Shown here piece after piece: positions 11,289-22,788 of a stretch of 64,000 nt of DNA. Location: positions 125,681-189,680 of the forward strand of contig CAWJFK010000025.1 of the NCBI GenBank assembly GCA_963842165.1, given 5' to 3'. This DNA is from an uncultured Thermoplasmata archaeon. Lineage in GTDB: Archaea > Thermoplasmatota > Thermoplasmata > Lutacidiplasmatales > UBA184. Within the stretch, counting starts at the first letter, position 1. The number at the start of each line of letters is the position of its first letter. A model generated the notes under the pieces. The model made no database searches. It had not been told where the DNA came from and saw nothing but the letters and a program-made list of their open reading frames with translations. A program made the position numbers and the translations under genes.

Positions 11289-12164
11289 TCAGTGGGGGGA
11301 CTGGCTCGCCGCGTGGCGGACGATCGCCTCGCGCGCGAGGCGCGCCGCGAGCGCGCTCGTGTTGCCCGTGTCGTAGTGGGGGCTAACCTCCATGATGTCC
11401 ATCCCCACCAGGCGCGGGGCGGCCTGCCCGATGACGTACTTCACGTCGCGGGGGGTCAGACCGAACGGTTCGGGCGTACCGGTCCCGCCGGCGTAGGCGG
11501 GGTCGATGGCGTCGATGTCGAGCGAGATGTACAGCCGGTCGGTTCGCAGCATGTTGAGCGCCCGCTGGACCGCTGACTCGATCCCCTCGCGAGCGATCTC
11601 GTGGGCGGTGACGAACGACATTCCGAGCTCCTTGTTGTCGTCCATCTCTTCGGCCGAGACCGAGCGGACCCCCATCACCACGATGTTCCGGGCGCCCACC
11701 TTCTCCAGGATGCGGCGAGAGGAGCATCCGTGGCTGCGCCGGTCCCCGAGGTAGCTCGACCGAAAGTCCATGTGCGCGTCGAGGTAGAGCACACCGAGGC
11801 TCGGGGCTCCGTCCGGGTACGCCTCGACGACCGGCGGTGAACACGCATGATCCCCGCCGAGCACGATCGGGACCTTGCCGGCCCCGTACAGCGGCCGGAT
11901 CTCTTCGCGCAGCGAATTCGCCATGTCCTCCGCGGTCCCGAACTCCTCCGTGTTCCCGAGGTCATGGATCGGAAGGTCGGACAGATCGAGCCCGGTCTCG
12001 AGGTCGTACGACTCGAAGTTCCACGAGTGCTGTCGGATCGAATCGGGTCCGAAGCGGGCTCCGGGGCGGAAGGACGTGGTCCGGTCGAACGGGACGCCCA
12101 CCACAACGTACCGGGAGGCCTCGAGCGAGGCTGATGCATCGGCGAAGGTGGTCGGGCGAATCAC
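11289..12164 (-). CDS. speB: Agmatinase
   Basis: GGDH, DAHMD, SHG and DIDAIDP..GTGTPEP ureohydrolase motifs. Confidence 0.92.
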   Translation of the reverse strand: MIRPTTFADASASLEASRYVVVGVPFDRTTSFRPGARFGPDSIRQHSWNFESYDLETGLDLSDLPIHDLGNTEEFGTAEDMANSLREEIRPLYGAGKVPIVLGGDHACSPPVVEAYPDGAPSLGVLYLDAHMDFRSSYLGDRRSHGCSSRRILEKVGARNIVVMGVRSVSAEEMDDNKELGMSFVTAHEIAREGIESAVQRALNMLRTDRLYISLDIDAIDPAYAGGTGTPEPFGLTPRDVKYVIGQAAPRLVGMDIMEVSPHYDTGNTSALAARLAREAIVRHAASQSPH

Positions 12165-12198
12165 GGCCGAGGAACGTCGGCCTCGTATATCACGGTGG

Positions 12199-13404
12199 TC
12201 AGGACAGCGGGGGAGCTCCCGCGCCCGCGAGCGGGACTTCAGGGGCCCGTCCCATGAGGCGCGCCCGGATCCCGACCTCCCCGTAGAGGAACTCCATGAC
12301 GGCGAGCGAGAGGATCGTCGTACCGATCGCCATCCAGAACAACCCCGCGTACCCCCAGAACTCGAGGAAGACCGCGCCGATGAGCGGGCCGGCGCTCCAC
12401 ATCGTGGAATTGATGAGCGCGAAGAACCCCAGGTACTCCGCCCGGTGGCCCTCGGGCGCGAGCTCCGCGACGTAGACCTGCATGCCCGGCCCGACGAGCG
12501 AGAGGCCGGCGTTGCGGACGGCCTGGGCCGGTAGGGTCTCGACCCAGCGGGTGGAGAGCATGAACATTCCGTAGGAGAAGAGCGTCAGGACCGTTCCGTA
12601 CCACACCCCCCGGATCGCCCCCCGCCGGTCGATCATTCGGCCGAGGGGCAGGGAGACCAGTGCACCGGTGACGAGTCCGGCGATCGCGACCAGGCCCACC
12701 TCGAGGTCGTTCGCGCCGAGGCTGTACGCAAGGTATCCGTAGAAGGTCGCGACCGCGCCGCTCCCGACGGCACGGATCGAGACCGAGAACGAGAAGAGGG
12801 CCACGGGCGCCATGTCGCGCAGCGGCCGCCGCCGTGGCGTGGGAGCGACCCGGCTCTCCGGGACCAGGAACAAGATGACCGACAGGGTCCCGACCATCAC
12901 GACCACGACGAACGGGAAGAGGACCTGGAGGCCGTACCAGTAGGTCAGGACACCGGCCAGGATGAACCCCACGACGGCGCCCCCGTTCGAGGTCGCGTTG
13001 AGGAGCCCGTACCCTTCTCCCCGTTCGTGGGCCCCGGTGACGTCGGCCACGTACGCGGTATACGCGGGTCCCCCGATTGCGAGCGCGAGCTCAGCCCCGA
13101 CGAACAGGCTCCCCGCGAGCTCCCAACCCGGGGCGAACACGATCGCGAGGAACAGCGGGAACGCCACGGCCTCGCCCAGCAGGAGGAACGGGCGGCGACG
13201 TCCGACGCGGTCCGAGAGGCGGCCGACGAGCGGGCCGATGAGGCTCGCGGGGATGTAGGCGAAGCTCAGGATGGCAAGGGCCACCGGGAGGGAGGCGCCC
13301 TTGATCTCGACCAAGTAGAGCGGAAGGAAGACGATGAACAGCCCTCCCCGGTTGCTGGCCAGCAGGGAGTATAGGGAAAGCGACAGGAGCTCCCGGCGAA
13401 CCAC
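12199..13404 (-). CDS. MFS transporter
   Basis: About 12 hydrophobic helices and motif A GRLSDRVGRRR. Confidence 0.9.
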   Translation of the reverse strand: MVRRELLSLSLYSLLASNRGGLFIVFLPLYLVEIKGASLPVALAILSFAYIPASLIGPLVGRLSDRVGRRRPFLLLGEAVAFPLFLAIVFAPGWELAGSLFVGAELALAIGGPAYTAYVADVTGAHERGEGYGLLNATSNGGAVVGFILAGVLTYWYGLQVLFPFVVVVMVGTLSVILFLVPESRVAPTPRRRPLRDMAPVALFSFSVSIRAVGSGAVATFYGYLAYSLGANDLEVGLVAIAGLVTGALVSLPLGRMIDRRGAIRGVWYGTVLTLFSYGMFMLSTRWVETLPAQAVRNAGLSLVGPGMQVYVAELAPEGHRAEYLGFFALINSTMWSAGPLIGAVFLEFWGYAGLFWMAIGTTILSLAVMEFLYGEVGIRARLMGRAPEVPLAGAGAPPLS

Positions 13405-13521
13405 ACCGGTCGAACGAGACCGCGTTCTTAGGGTTCTCCCCGCCGGGGGAAGCGGTCCCGAGCCGGCCCGGGGTGCATGAGTTAAGAGAGGGGGACGACC
13501 TCATCGGCTCGGAGAGGGTCG

Positions 13522-14308
13522 ATGCCGGAAAGTGGGCTGGTCGGACGGAAGGGCGAGGAGGACGGCGTCGAGGTCCTGGTCTTGAAAAACCCCCCCGTGA
13601 ACGCGCTCAGCACCGCGCTCCTCGCGGACCTCGACCGTCACGTCTCCGCGATCGAGGCCGACCCCAAGATCCGGGCGGTCATCCTGACGGGCGACGGCCA
13701 GTACTTCAGCGCGGGGGCCGATCTCAAGGAGCTCGCCACCTTCGACCTCGCGAACGCGCCCGACGTCGTTCGCCGAGGCCATGCGCTGTTCGCCCGGATC
13801 GCCGGCCTTCGGCCGCCCGTTCGTCGCAGCGATCAACGGCCTCGCGCTCGGGGGCGGCCTCGAGCTCGCCCTCTCGGCCGACCTGCGCGTCGCGGGGGAA
13901 TCGGCCAAGTTGGGCGCGCCCGAGGTCAGTTATGGCCTCATGCCGGCCTACGGTGGGACGCAGCGACTCCCCCGGGTGGTGGGTCTTCCCAAAGCCAAGG
14001 AACTGATCTTCACCGGCGCGATGATCTCCGCGGCCGAGGCGCTGCGGATCGGTCTCGTCAACAAGACCGTCCCTTCGGGCCAGGAGCTGCGGGCGGCCCG
14101 CGACCTCGCTCACACGATCGCGCAGAAGGCCCCAAAGGCGGTGCAGGCCGCGAAGCAGGCGATCAACGAGGGGATGGCCAAACCCCTCGCCGAGGGGATC
14201 GTGGTCGAGACGAACCTCTTCGCTTCGCAGGTCCTCACCTCGTCCGACCTGGGGGAAGGGCTCCTCGCCTTCGTCGAGCGCCGCCCGCCCAAGTTCCTCG
14301 GAGCCTAG
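13522..14308 (+). CDS. Enoyl-CoA hydratase/isomerase (frameshift near 13810)
   Basis: PPVNAL, FSAGADL, INGLALGGGLELAL and GGTQRLPR motifs. Confidence 0.92.
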
Positions 14309-14310
14309 CG

Positions 14311-15505
14311 ATGGCGATCGAATTCTCCTTCACGCCGGACCAGGAGGCGTTCCGAGAAGCAGCCCGCGACTTCCTCCAGAAGGAGGTCGCCCCGGTCGTG
14401 GCCGAGATGGACGAGAAGGAGGAGTTCCCGGCCGCCTCGGTCCGCCGGATGCAGGAGGAGGGGTACTTCGGCATCCCGATCCCCGAGACCTACGGTGGGC
14501 TCGGGCTCGGCAAGGTCGGCTACTGCCTGTTCCTCGAAGAGCTCGGCAAGATCGACGCCGTCGCACGGCGTGATCGTCGGCGCCCACACGTCGCTCGGGA
14601 TGACCCCGCTCCTCTCCTACGGGACCGAGGAGCAGAAGCGACGGTGGCTCACTCCCGCGGCCAAGGGAGACCGGCTCCTTGCGTTCAGCCTGACCGAACC
14701 GGGATCCGGAAGTGATTCCGGGGCCGTGCGGACGGTCGCGGACAAGAAGGGCGACGGGTGGGTCCTCACGGGCAACAAGATCTACGTCTCGAACGGACGC
14801 GAAGCGGGGACCGTCGTTCTCCTGGCCGGCAACGACGTCAAGCTCGGCCCCAACGGTGGGGTCACCGCCTTCCTGGTCGATACCGACAGCGCCGGGTTCA
14901 AGGTCGGCCGGTGCGAGAAGAAGATGGGCCTGCACGGCACGTCGACCGCGGAGCTCATCCTCGACCACGTCGAGCTCGGTCCCGAGTGCGTCCTCGGGGA
15001 AGTGGGCAAGGGGTTCCACGTGGCGATGACCGCGCTCGACGTGGGCCGGGTCTCCCTCGGCGCGGCGTCCCTCGGCGGCATCGAGACGGCCCTCGCCGGC
15101 TCCCTCCAGTTCGCTCAGAACCGGACGCAATTCGGCCTGCCGATCAGCGAGTTCCAGGCGATCCAGTTCAAGCTCGCCGATATGGCGATGCGCGCCCAGG
15201 CGCTCCGGCTGCTCGTCTACCACGCCGCGGCCCACCAGGACCGAATGGGTTCGGACCCGAAGGCGTGGAGCCGGCTCGAGCGGGCCGAGAAGACGCGGGA
15301 GTCCTCGATCGTGAAGTGCCTCGCCTCCGAATGGGCGAGCGAGGTCATCGATGAGGCGCTCCAGATCCACGGTGGTCTCGGGTACATTCGAGGCACTCCG
15401 ATCGAGCGCGCTTACCGGGACGCGCGGATCAGCGAGATCTTCGAAGGGACGAACGAGATCCAGCGGCTCGTGATCTCGCGGGACCTCATCGCCCGGGGCT
15501 GGTAG
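14311..15505 (+). CDS. Acyl-CoA dehydrogenase (frameshift near 14560)
   Basis: FSLTEPGSGSD, KMGLHGTST, QIHGGLGY and EIFEGTNEIQR motifs. Confidence 0.93.
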
Positions 15506-17221
15506 GGGCGACGGGCGGGGCGGCGTGGGCCGCCGCGAGCGCCTCCTCCTTCAGGACCCGCCGGAGCACCTTCTGCACGCCGGTCCGGGGGAGGCTCGTC
15601 CCGGAACTCGACCGAGCGGGGCGCTTTGAAGTGGGCGATCCGCTCGCGAACGAACGCGATCAGTTCTGCCTCGGTCGGATGCGTCCCGGCTTTCGGCACG
15701 ACGAACGCCTTCACGACCTCGCCCCGCTCGGGGTCCGGGAGCCCGATCGCTGCCGCCTCGGCGACCGCGGGGTGCTGGTAGAGCACCTCCTCGACCTCGC
15801 GGGGGTAGAGCTTCATTCCGGCGACGTTGATCGTGTCCTTCTTCCGGTCGACGATGTAGGCGAACCCGTCGGCGTCGATCCGGGCGATGTCGCCGGTCCG
15901 GAACCACCCGTCGCGCAGCACCATCCGGGTCTCGGCCTCGTTGTGGTAGTAGCCGAGCATCACCTGCGGGCCGTGGACATCGAGCTCGCCGACCTCGCCG
16001 ACCGCGAGGACTCGGGTCCCGGTTTCCGCGTCCACGATCCGCTGGTCGGTATTGGGGACCGGGATCCCGATCGACCCCGCGCGCCGCTCGCCTTCCGTGG
16101 GGTTCACGTGCGTCACCGGCGAGGTCTCGCTGAGGCCGTATCCCTCGATGAGGGTCCCGCCGGTGAGCTCCTCGAACCGGCGGGCGACCTCGACCGGGAG
16201 CGGGGCCGATCCGCTGACGCAGAACTTGATCGAGCGGATGTTGTGCTTCTCGATCCCGGGGGTCTGGTTGAACGCCGCGTAGAGCGCGGGCACGCCCGGG
16301 AACTGGGTCGGGGCGTACCGGTCGATGAGCTTCAGGAGCTCGGGCACGTCGGGGCGCGTCTGGATAACGATCGTCGCGCCGTCCGCGAGGCCCGGCGAAG
16401 AGGGCGACGGTCAGGGCGTAGATGTGGAAGAATGGGATCGAGGCGAGGAGGACCTCCTCGCCCGGCTTCCGCCGCGTGTTCCACGCGTTGATCTGAAGCA
16501 GGTTGGCGAGTAGGTTCCGGTGCGTGAGCATCGCGGCCTTGGGGACCCCGGTCGTACCGCCCGTATACTGGAGCACGGCGACCGTCGTCGACCGGATCGC
16601 CCCGGAACTCCGTGAACGTTCCGCGATAGTGCACGGTCCACGTCCAGGGCCGCACGGTCGGGTCGTGGCGGGGATAGGCGGTCGGCAGCCCCCGGCGGCG
16701 GAGGACGAGGTTAACGAACGGTCGCGTCCAGAACGGATAGAGCTCGCGCAGTCGGGCGACGTAGAGCACCGGCACCGCGACCTCCGACCGCACCTTCTCC
16801 AGGTTCGGGTAGAGGATCTCGAGCGTCACGAGCGCCTTCGGCGGTCGAGTCCTTCAACATCCGGGTGAGGTCCTGGCCGATGTAGAGCGGACTGACCTGC
16901 ACCACGACGGCACCGAGACGGAGGATCCCGAGGAGCGCGACCGGGTAGGCGGGACAGTTGGGGAGGTAGATCGCGACGCGGTCGCCCGGCCCGACGCCCG
17001 TCGCGGGCGAGGGCCGCCGCGAAATGTCCGCTCTCCTCCCAGAGGCGACGGTACGACCATTTCGCACCGTAGTAGACGAGGGCCGTGCGGTCGCCCCACT
17101 CGCGGACGCCCTCCCCGATCACCTCGGGGAGTAGCTTCGATGGGATGTCGAGGGTGGGGGGGACGGAGGGCGGGTATCGCTTCAGCCAGACGCGGTCGCC
17201 GAGGGCGCCGCCGTCCGCCAT
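15486..17221 (-). CDS. Long-chain fatty acid--CoA ligase (several frameshifts)
   Basis: [15 protein letters not shown]-binding motif, [17 protein letters not shown] and DRKKD. Confidence 0.9.
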
Positions 17222-17222
17222 C

Positions 17223-17645
17223 TCAGGCAGACCTTCCCGCTTCCGGGGCCTCGGACTCCTCGGGCGAACTGCACCCCGGGCTTGTAGCTGGACACGAAGC
17301 GGACGCGTTCGCCGATCGAGAGCCCGTCCACGGTCTGACCGAGGGCATCCAGCCGGTGATCCGACCGCCGCCGTCGAGCTCGACCACGACGTAGGCGTAC
17401 GGGCGCGTCGTTCAGGAACTCGTCCCCGGGCACGGTAAGCAGGGTGAACGCGACGACCTTGCCCGCGGGGGCGAGCGCATGCTCCTCCAATCCGATGCGG
17501 CCGCATCGGGGGCAGGCGAGCCCCCACGTCGCCGTGATCAGCCGGCGATCTGGGCATCGAAATCCGCGGAGCGGACCCCCTTGCTCGTAGGAGCGGACCC
17601 ACTCCTCGATCGAGTGGGCCGCGGTGGGCAGAACTCGGACGACAT
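17223..17645 (-). CDS. DUF35-type Zn-ribbon/OB-fold thiolase partner (frameshifted)
   Basis: C-x2-C ribbon (RCPD..CPRC) followed by GKVVAFT..P..F..AP. Lies immediately downstream of the thiolase. Confidence 0.75.
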
Positions 17646-17656
17646 GGTCGATCCTC

Positions 17657-18822
17657 CTACCTCCGGGAGAAGATGTGGACCGAGCAGGACCCGCCCGTGG
17701 CTCCGACGTTGTGGGTGAGCGCGGTCTCCGGGTTCGGGGCACCTCGCGACCGTTCGCGCGAGCCCGTTGAACTGCTCGAAGACCTCGACCACCTGGGCGA
17801 CCCCCGTGGCGCTGACCGGGTGACCCTTCGCCTTGAGGCCGCCGGACGGGTTGATCGGGAGCCGCCCGTCCCGCGCGGTGACCCCGTCGGCCGCCGGGCG
17901 AGCCCCCGTGCCTTGCGGGAAGAAGCCGAGGTCCTCGAGCGCGAGCGCTTCGGCGATCGTGAAGCAGTCGTGGACCTCCGACGAAGTCGATGTCCTTCGG
18001 CTCGAGCTGGGCCTGACGGAACGCCTTGGCTCGGCCGCGATCCGGGTCGACGGGAGCCCGAGCAGGTCGGGGCGATCCTGCATCTCGGTGATCGAGCCCG
18101 CCCGGGCCGAGGCGCGGATCGACCAGCGGTTCGGTGACCGCGGCGTCTTCACGAACTCCTTCGCCGCGACGACGACCGGCGGCGGCCCCGTCGGAGAACG
18201 GGCAGCAGTCGTAGAGCCGCAGCGGGGAGGCGATGACGGCGAGAGAGAGGTAGGTCTCCATCGTGATCTCCTTCTGGAAGTGGGCGTGCGGGTTGCGCGC
18301 TCCGTTCGCGTGGTTCTTGATCGCGATCGCGCCGAACATCTCCGGGGTCGTACGGTACCCATCGCGGTACGCGCTCGCGAGGGTCGCGTAGAGGCCCGGA
18401 AAGGTGGCGCCGTTCTTCGTCTCGAACGCGTAGTCCGCCGCGATGGCGAAGTAGCTCGTCGCGGCGAGCGTGTCGAGGTGCGAGAGCTTCTCGGCTCCGA
18501 CGACGAGCGCCGCGTCGACGAACCCGCCTGCGACTTGGACGAACGCCTCGTGCAGGCGCCGCGCTCGAGGACGAGCAGGCCGACTCGATGGTCACGGACG
18601 GCACTTCGGGGATCCCGAGCCCGCCGTTGATGAGCGGGCCCACATGCGCCTGATGTTCGGCGATGCCGAAGCAGTTGGAGACGAAGGTGTACCCGATGTC
18701 CTTGGGCGACAAGCCCGAGGCCTGGATCGCGGCGAGCGAGACCCGGGTGGCCGCTTCGCGGCCGGTTTCTTCATCTTGCCGAAGCGGTTCGATGCCGCCC
18801 CGACGACCCAGGTCTCCCTCAC
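17657..18822 (-). CDS. Thiolase (archaeal SCP2-type acetyl-CoA acetyltransferase; frameshifted)
   Basis: ESACSSS, KNHANG..NP.AH, EVHDCFT and [17 protein letters not shown] motifs. Confidence 0.9.
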
Positions 18823-18881
18823 GGTTTCCTCCCGTCGCAAAGCAGGCGGAAAGGACCCTTAACCTTACGCCGGCGTCCCGG

Positions 18882-19161
18882 TCAGCGACTCGGATCGCGG
18901 GCTCCCTCGATCGCGGGGAGGAGTCGAGCGAAGGCTCGGTCGGCCACGGCCGGTTCGTCGGTCTTGAACAGGATCCGGCCGTTCTGGCTGATCGTCACTT
19001 CGGGGTCGGTCCCGGCGATCAGCATCACGCGAGCGTCCATTACCCGGCCACCCCTCTTTCTCGAGGGCGGCCCGCACCTGGCGGAGGTCGAGCCGGACGG
19101 GCGGGTCGGGAACGGCCTCGAAGCCGCCGCCGCTGGAACACAACTGGAGCCTTCGATACAT
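18882..19161 (-). CDS. Small hypothetical protein (frameshifted)
   Basis: Stitched product MYRRLQLCSSGGGFEAVP...DARVMLI...EVTISQNGRILFKT. The codon pattern fits the genome. Confidence 0.55.
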
Positions 19162-19296
19162 TTACGCCGACCGTGAGGCAGGGCGGCCTATCTGACCTCT
19201 TCTCCGCGCCGTCTGGGTCGGTTCTACGGGCGCATCCCACCCGGGGCTGCGGCGTGTATGGGAAGAAGGGGTTGGGTTCGATTCCTGAGGACGAAC

Positions 19297-19971
19297 CTAG
19301 TGGGGAAGCGCGGCCCCGCACTTGGCGCAGAACTGGGCTCCCGCGGCGTTGGGGGTGCCGCACGAAGCACAGGTCTTGCCCATGGCGGGGGGCGCGGTGG
19401 GCTGTCCCCACGTCTGCGGCGGGGGAGCTCCCCACTGCGCCTGCTGGGGGGGCGCGCCCATCTGGCCGGGCTGGCCCCACTGTCCCTGGGCTCCCTGGGC
19501 GCGAGCCGCGTTGATCAGGGGGTCGAACTTGAGGTAGGCGATCAGGAGGAGGATTCCGAGGATGATGCCGCCCAGGATGAACCCGAGGATCATCCAGATG
19601 AGCGTAGAGGCCTTCGCCTGCTCATACTGGCGTGCGTTGACCATCGCCTCGAGGCTCTTCATCTTGAGGTAGATGATGACGTCAATGACCCCGAAGATAA
19701 CGAGGATGAGCGGGAGCACCAAGAGGACTCCGAGCCCGCCTGCATAGGCCCCCGTGCAGACCGATCCCACGACGTTGTTACACGCGTTGTACGCCGCGAC
19801 TACTAGGCCCACGTACGCGAGGCCCCCCAGGAACAGGAGAATCCCAAAGATGATCGCAAGGATTCTCACGATGTGGTACATCGATTTGATCGACTGCGCC
19901 TCTGGCGGCTCATAGGTGTAAGGTGCGTTCAATTTGCCCACCGTGCCGTAGCCAACGGCGGCAGTCAGCAT
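19297..19971 (-). CDS. Membrane protein with Q/P-rich tail and C-terminal zinc ribbon
   Basis: Three to four TM helices, GQWGQP-type repeats and CASC..CAKC. Confidence 0.8.
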   Translation of the reverse strand: MLTAAVGYGTVGKLNAPYTYEPPEAQSIKSMYHIVRILAIIFGILLFLGGLAYVGLVVAAYNACNNVVGSVCTGAYAGGLGVLLVLPLILVIFGVIDVIIYLKMKSLEAMVNARQYEQAKASTLIWMILGFILGGIILGILLLIAYLKFDPLINAARAQGAQGQWGQPGQMGAPPQQAQWGAPPPQTWGQPTAPPAMGKTCASCGTPNAAGAQFCAKCGAALPH

Positions 19972-20125
19972 TCGCCTACATGAACCTGCCTACCTACGCG
20001 GCCCGCGCCTCCCGCCTGCCCCATCCCACAAGAAGGGGCCTGAATCCACCACCCGCCCTACGTTCCGGAGTTCTGCACTCACCTACGAGGGGGAGGTGCG
20101 TGGGGCCAATCCCCGCCCTACTCGG

Positions 20126-20752
20126 CTAGAGGATGACGGCCTTCCGGACGCAGTCGTCGATCATCTGCTCGACGTCGATCCGCTCCTCCTCTCGGAGGAT
20201 CTGGACGAGGTTCGAGCGCGTCGCGGGCTTGTCCGGCACCGCCTGGCAGCACACTCCCGGGCGCGTCGAGATCTCGTAGGTCCCGATCGACTTCGCGACC
20301 ACCTCGATCTCGGACTTGTCAAAACCGATCAGCGGGCGCACGATCGGAAGGGAGACCGAAGCGGTCGCGCTCCGCATGTTGGAGAGCGTCTGGGAGGCGA
20401 CCTGGCCGAGAGCCTCCCCGGTGACGAGGAACGTGGCCCCCTCGCGCTGGGCGATCCGCTCGGCCGACCGCCACATGAACCGCCGGCAGAGCACGCACCC
20501 CACGTGCCGATCGGTCTCCCGCATCAGGGTGACCTGAGTCGACCCGTGCGGGACGACGTAGAGGGGGATGGGCTGGTGGTACCGCTCCCGGAGCACCGTG
20601 AGGTGATCGACGACCTTCGACAGCGGGGAATCGTCCGTGAAAGGGCGATTGTCCATGTGGACGGCGAGCAGCTCGTGGCCCTGCCGCAGCAGGTAGTGCA
20701 TCGCCACCGGGGAGTCGATCCCCCCGCTCATGAGCATCACGCCGCGCGACAT
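20126..20752 (-). CDS. ThiI-family PP-loop tRNA sulfurtransferase, catalytic domain only
   Basis: SGGIDS PP-loop, CVLCRR, TGEALGQVASQTL.N and RPLIGFDK.EI. There is no N-terminal THUMP domain. Confidence 0.85.
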   Translation of the reverse strand: MSRGVMLMSGGIDSPVAMHYLLRQGHELLAVHMDNRPFTDDSPLSKVVDHLTVLRERYHQPIPLYVVPHGSTQVTLMRETDRHVGCVLCRRFMWRSAERIAQREGATFLVTGEALGQVASQTLSNMRSATASVSLPIVRPLIGFDKSEIEVVAKSIGTYEISTRPGVCCQAVPDKPATRSNLVQILREEERIDVEQMIDDCVRKAVIL

Positions 20753-20877
20753 GGTCGGCAGAAGAGCCGCCCTCCCCTATTTAGGGACGCCCCCCCGGCG
20801 GCATCGCCCCCCTCGTCCCTCTCCGAAACTCGGGATTCGACCACGAAACTAATAGGCGCGGGCGATTCGGCGGGCCG

Positions 20878-21709
20878 ATGGCCCCCGAAGCGGCAGAACC
20901 AGTCGAACTTTCGTTCCGGGAGGAGGGGTCGGGCCCGCCGATCGTCTTCCTGCACGGTCTCGGCGGCGACCGCCTCCTCTGGAACGCGGTGGTACCAGAG
21001 CTGGCCGGAGAGTTCCACGTGATCGTGCCCAATCTGCGGGGTCACGGAGATACTGGGCTGCCCGACGGCTCGACCCTTTCGTTCGACGAGCTGGAACGCG
21101 ATGTCCTCGCGTTCCTCGACCGTCGGGCGCTCTCCTCGGTCCATTGGGTGGGGTTCAGCGCCGGAGGCTTCCTCGCGTTGCGGTTGGCGCTCGACCATCC
21201 CGAGCGCTCTCGCAGCCTGACGATCGTGAGCGGGGCCGCGTACCTGTGACGCGCACCAGCGCGCGATGATGGAGCGGTGGTGGGGCGCGTATGAAAAGGA
21301 CGGCCCGGATGCGTTCGCCCTCCGCCTGCTCAAGGACTTGTACTACCCGGATTGGATCGAGGCGCATCTCGAGGTCGCCGACATGGTGAGGGAGGGGGTC
21401 GTGGATCGCGACTTCACGGCGGCCCGAGCGTGGGGGAAGGCGATCACCACCTTCGACGAGAAGAACCGGATCGCCTCGCTGAAGCTGCCGACCCTCTTGG
21501 TGCAGGCGATGGACGATGCGGTGGTCGACGCCTCTCACGGCCGCATCCTCCGACAGACCATCCCCGGCGCCCAGATCCGCATCCTGGTCCAGACCGGTCA
21601 CATGGTGCCGGTCGAGCGCCCGAAGGAGCTCGCCGAATCGATCCGAACGCTCGTTCGGAAGGCGGAGTCCCCCGCCGCCCCCTCCGGTGACCCGCCCGGG
21701 ACTCCCTAG
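20878..21709 (+). CDS. Alpha/beta fold hydrolase (frameshift near 21245)
   Basis: FLHGLG, LRGHG, GFSAGG nucleophile elbow and TGHM. Confidence 0.88.
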
Positions 21710-21752
21710 ACCATCGTACGAGGTTATCTGCGGTCCCGCGATTCGGATACCG

Positions 21753-21929
21753 ATGGCCGGTTCCGACCCCACCCTGATGGCCCGCATCGCGGCCCTGGAG
21801 GGGCTCGTCCGCGACCTGACGGTTCGCGTCGCCGCCCTCGAAGCCGTGATCAAGAATTCGCCCCGGGTCGAGCATCCCCTCGACCGGGATACGGTCCGCG
21901 AGAAGGTCTCGTACGACTGGCAGAAGTGA
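21753..21929 (+). CDS. Small coiled-coil hypothetical protein
   Basis: 58 aa heptad-like sequence (RIAALEGLVRDLTVRVAALE). Its stop overlaps the start of the next gene. Confidence 0.6.
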   Translation: MAGSDPTLMARIAALEGLVRDLTVRVAALEAVIKNSPRVEHPLDRDTVREKVSYDWQK

Positions 21930-22553
21930 CGCCCCCGCCCGCCCGACCCGCGCCCTTGCCCAATGACCTCCTGAAGCGGTACCCCATCGATCGGCCCCCC
22001 ACGAGCACGGCCGGAGCGGCCGTCACGATCGTGCTACGGAAGGGGAACATCGACCTCGAGGTCCTTCTCATCGAACGAGCCGCCCGAACGGGCGACCCGG
22101 CGTCGGGCCAGGTGGCGCTCCCCGGGGGTCACGTATCAGAGGAGCGACGGAAACCTCGCGCAGACCGCGCTGAGGGAGTTGGAGGAGGAGGTGGGACTCT
22201 CCCGCCGCGACCTCGTCGGCGACCCCCACTACGTGACCATCGTGCATGCGAGACGGTTCGGCTTGGATGTAGGGGTGTTCGCCGCGGAGCTGTTCTCAGA
22301 GGCCCAGCCCCCCACGGCTCGGAGTCCGCTCGAGGTGGCCCACGTCTTCTGGCTTCCCCGCTCGGCGCTCGAGAGCACACGCAAAGTGGAGCGGGACACC
22401 TCGATCGGTACGATCCCCGTCAACGCGACGGTTCACGACGGGCACGTCCTGTGGGGGTTCACGCGACGGGTACTTCGACAGTTCTTCGACCTCCCCCTCG
22501 AGGACGAGCCCTTCGGCCCCGCCTACGTCCCTCGACGCACGGCTCCGCCCTAG
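21926..22553 (+). CDS. Nudix hydrolase, CoA pyrophosphatase-like (frameshift near 22145)
   Basis: SGQVALPGG..TALRELEEEVG Nudix box and LWGFT. Confidence 0.88.
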
Positions 22554-22748
22554 TCCGGAAACCATCGTTCCCTTGCTCCCCACGGTCTTCCACCAGGCCG
22601 CTTCCGCGGAAGCAACGACTGGGGTGCTCACGGGGCGGGGACGAGTTCGACTCCGAGGACCCGCCCGGGGCGGTATCCGGAGCCCCGACATGCACCTTCC
22701 CGGATCGGTGGTTTTCGGCGGTGCAGGACCGAATTCCTTGAACAACGG

Positions 22749-22767
22749 TTTATATATACCTTAAATA
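22749..22767 (+). promoter_or_regulatory. Tandem TATA-like elements upstream of TBP gene 1
   Basis: TTTATATATACCTTAAATA in otherwise very GC-rich DNA, ending about 21 nt before the TTG start. Confidence 0.7.
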
Positions 22768-22788
22768 GTCCAGCGGCGAGGGATTTCG

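Noticed and set aside
20052..20121. CCCGCCCTAC direct repeat as a CRISPR or regulatory array
   Set aside because: Only two short copies and no cas genes. No CRISPR array, transposase or integrase was seen anywhere in the window.
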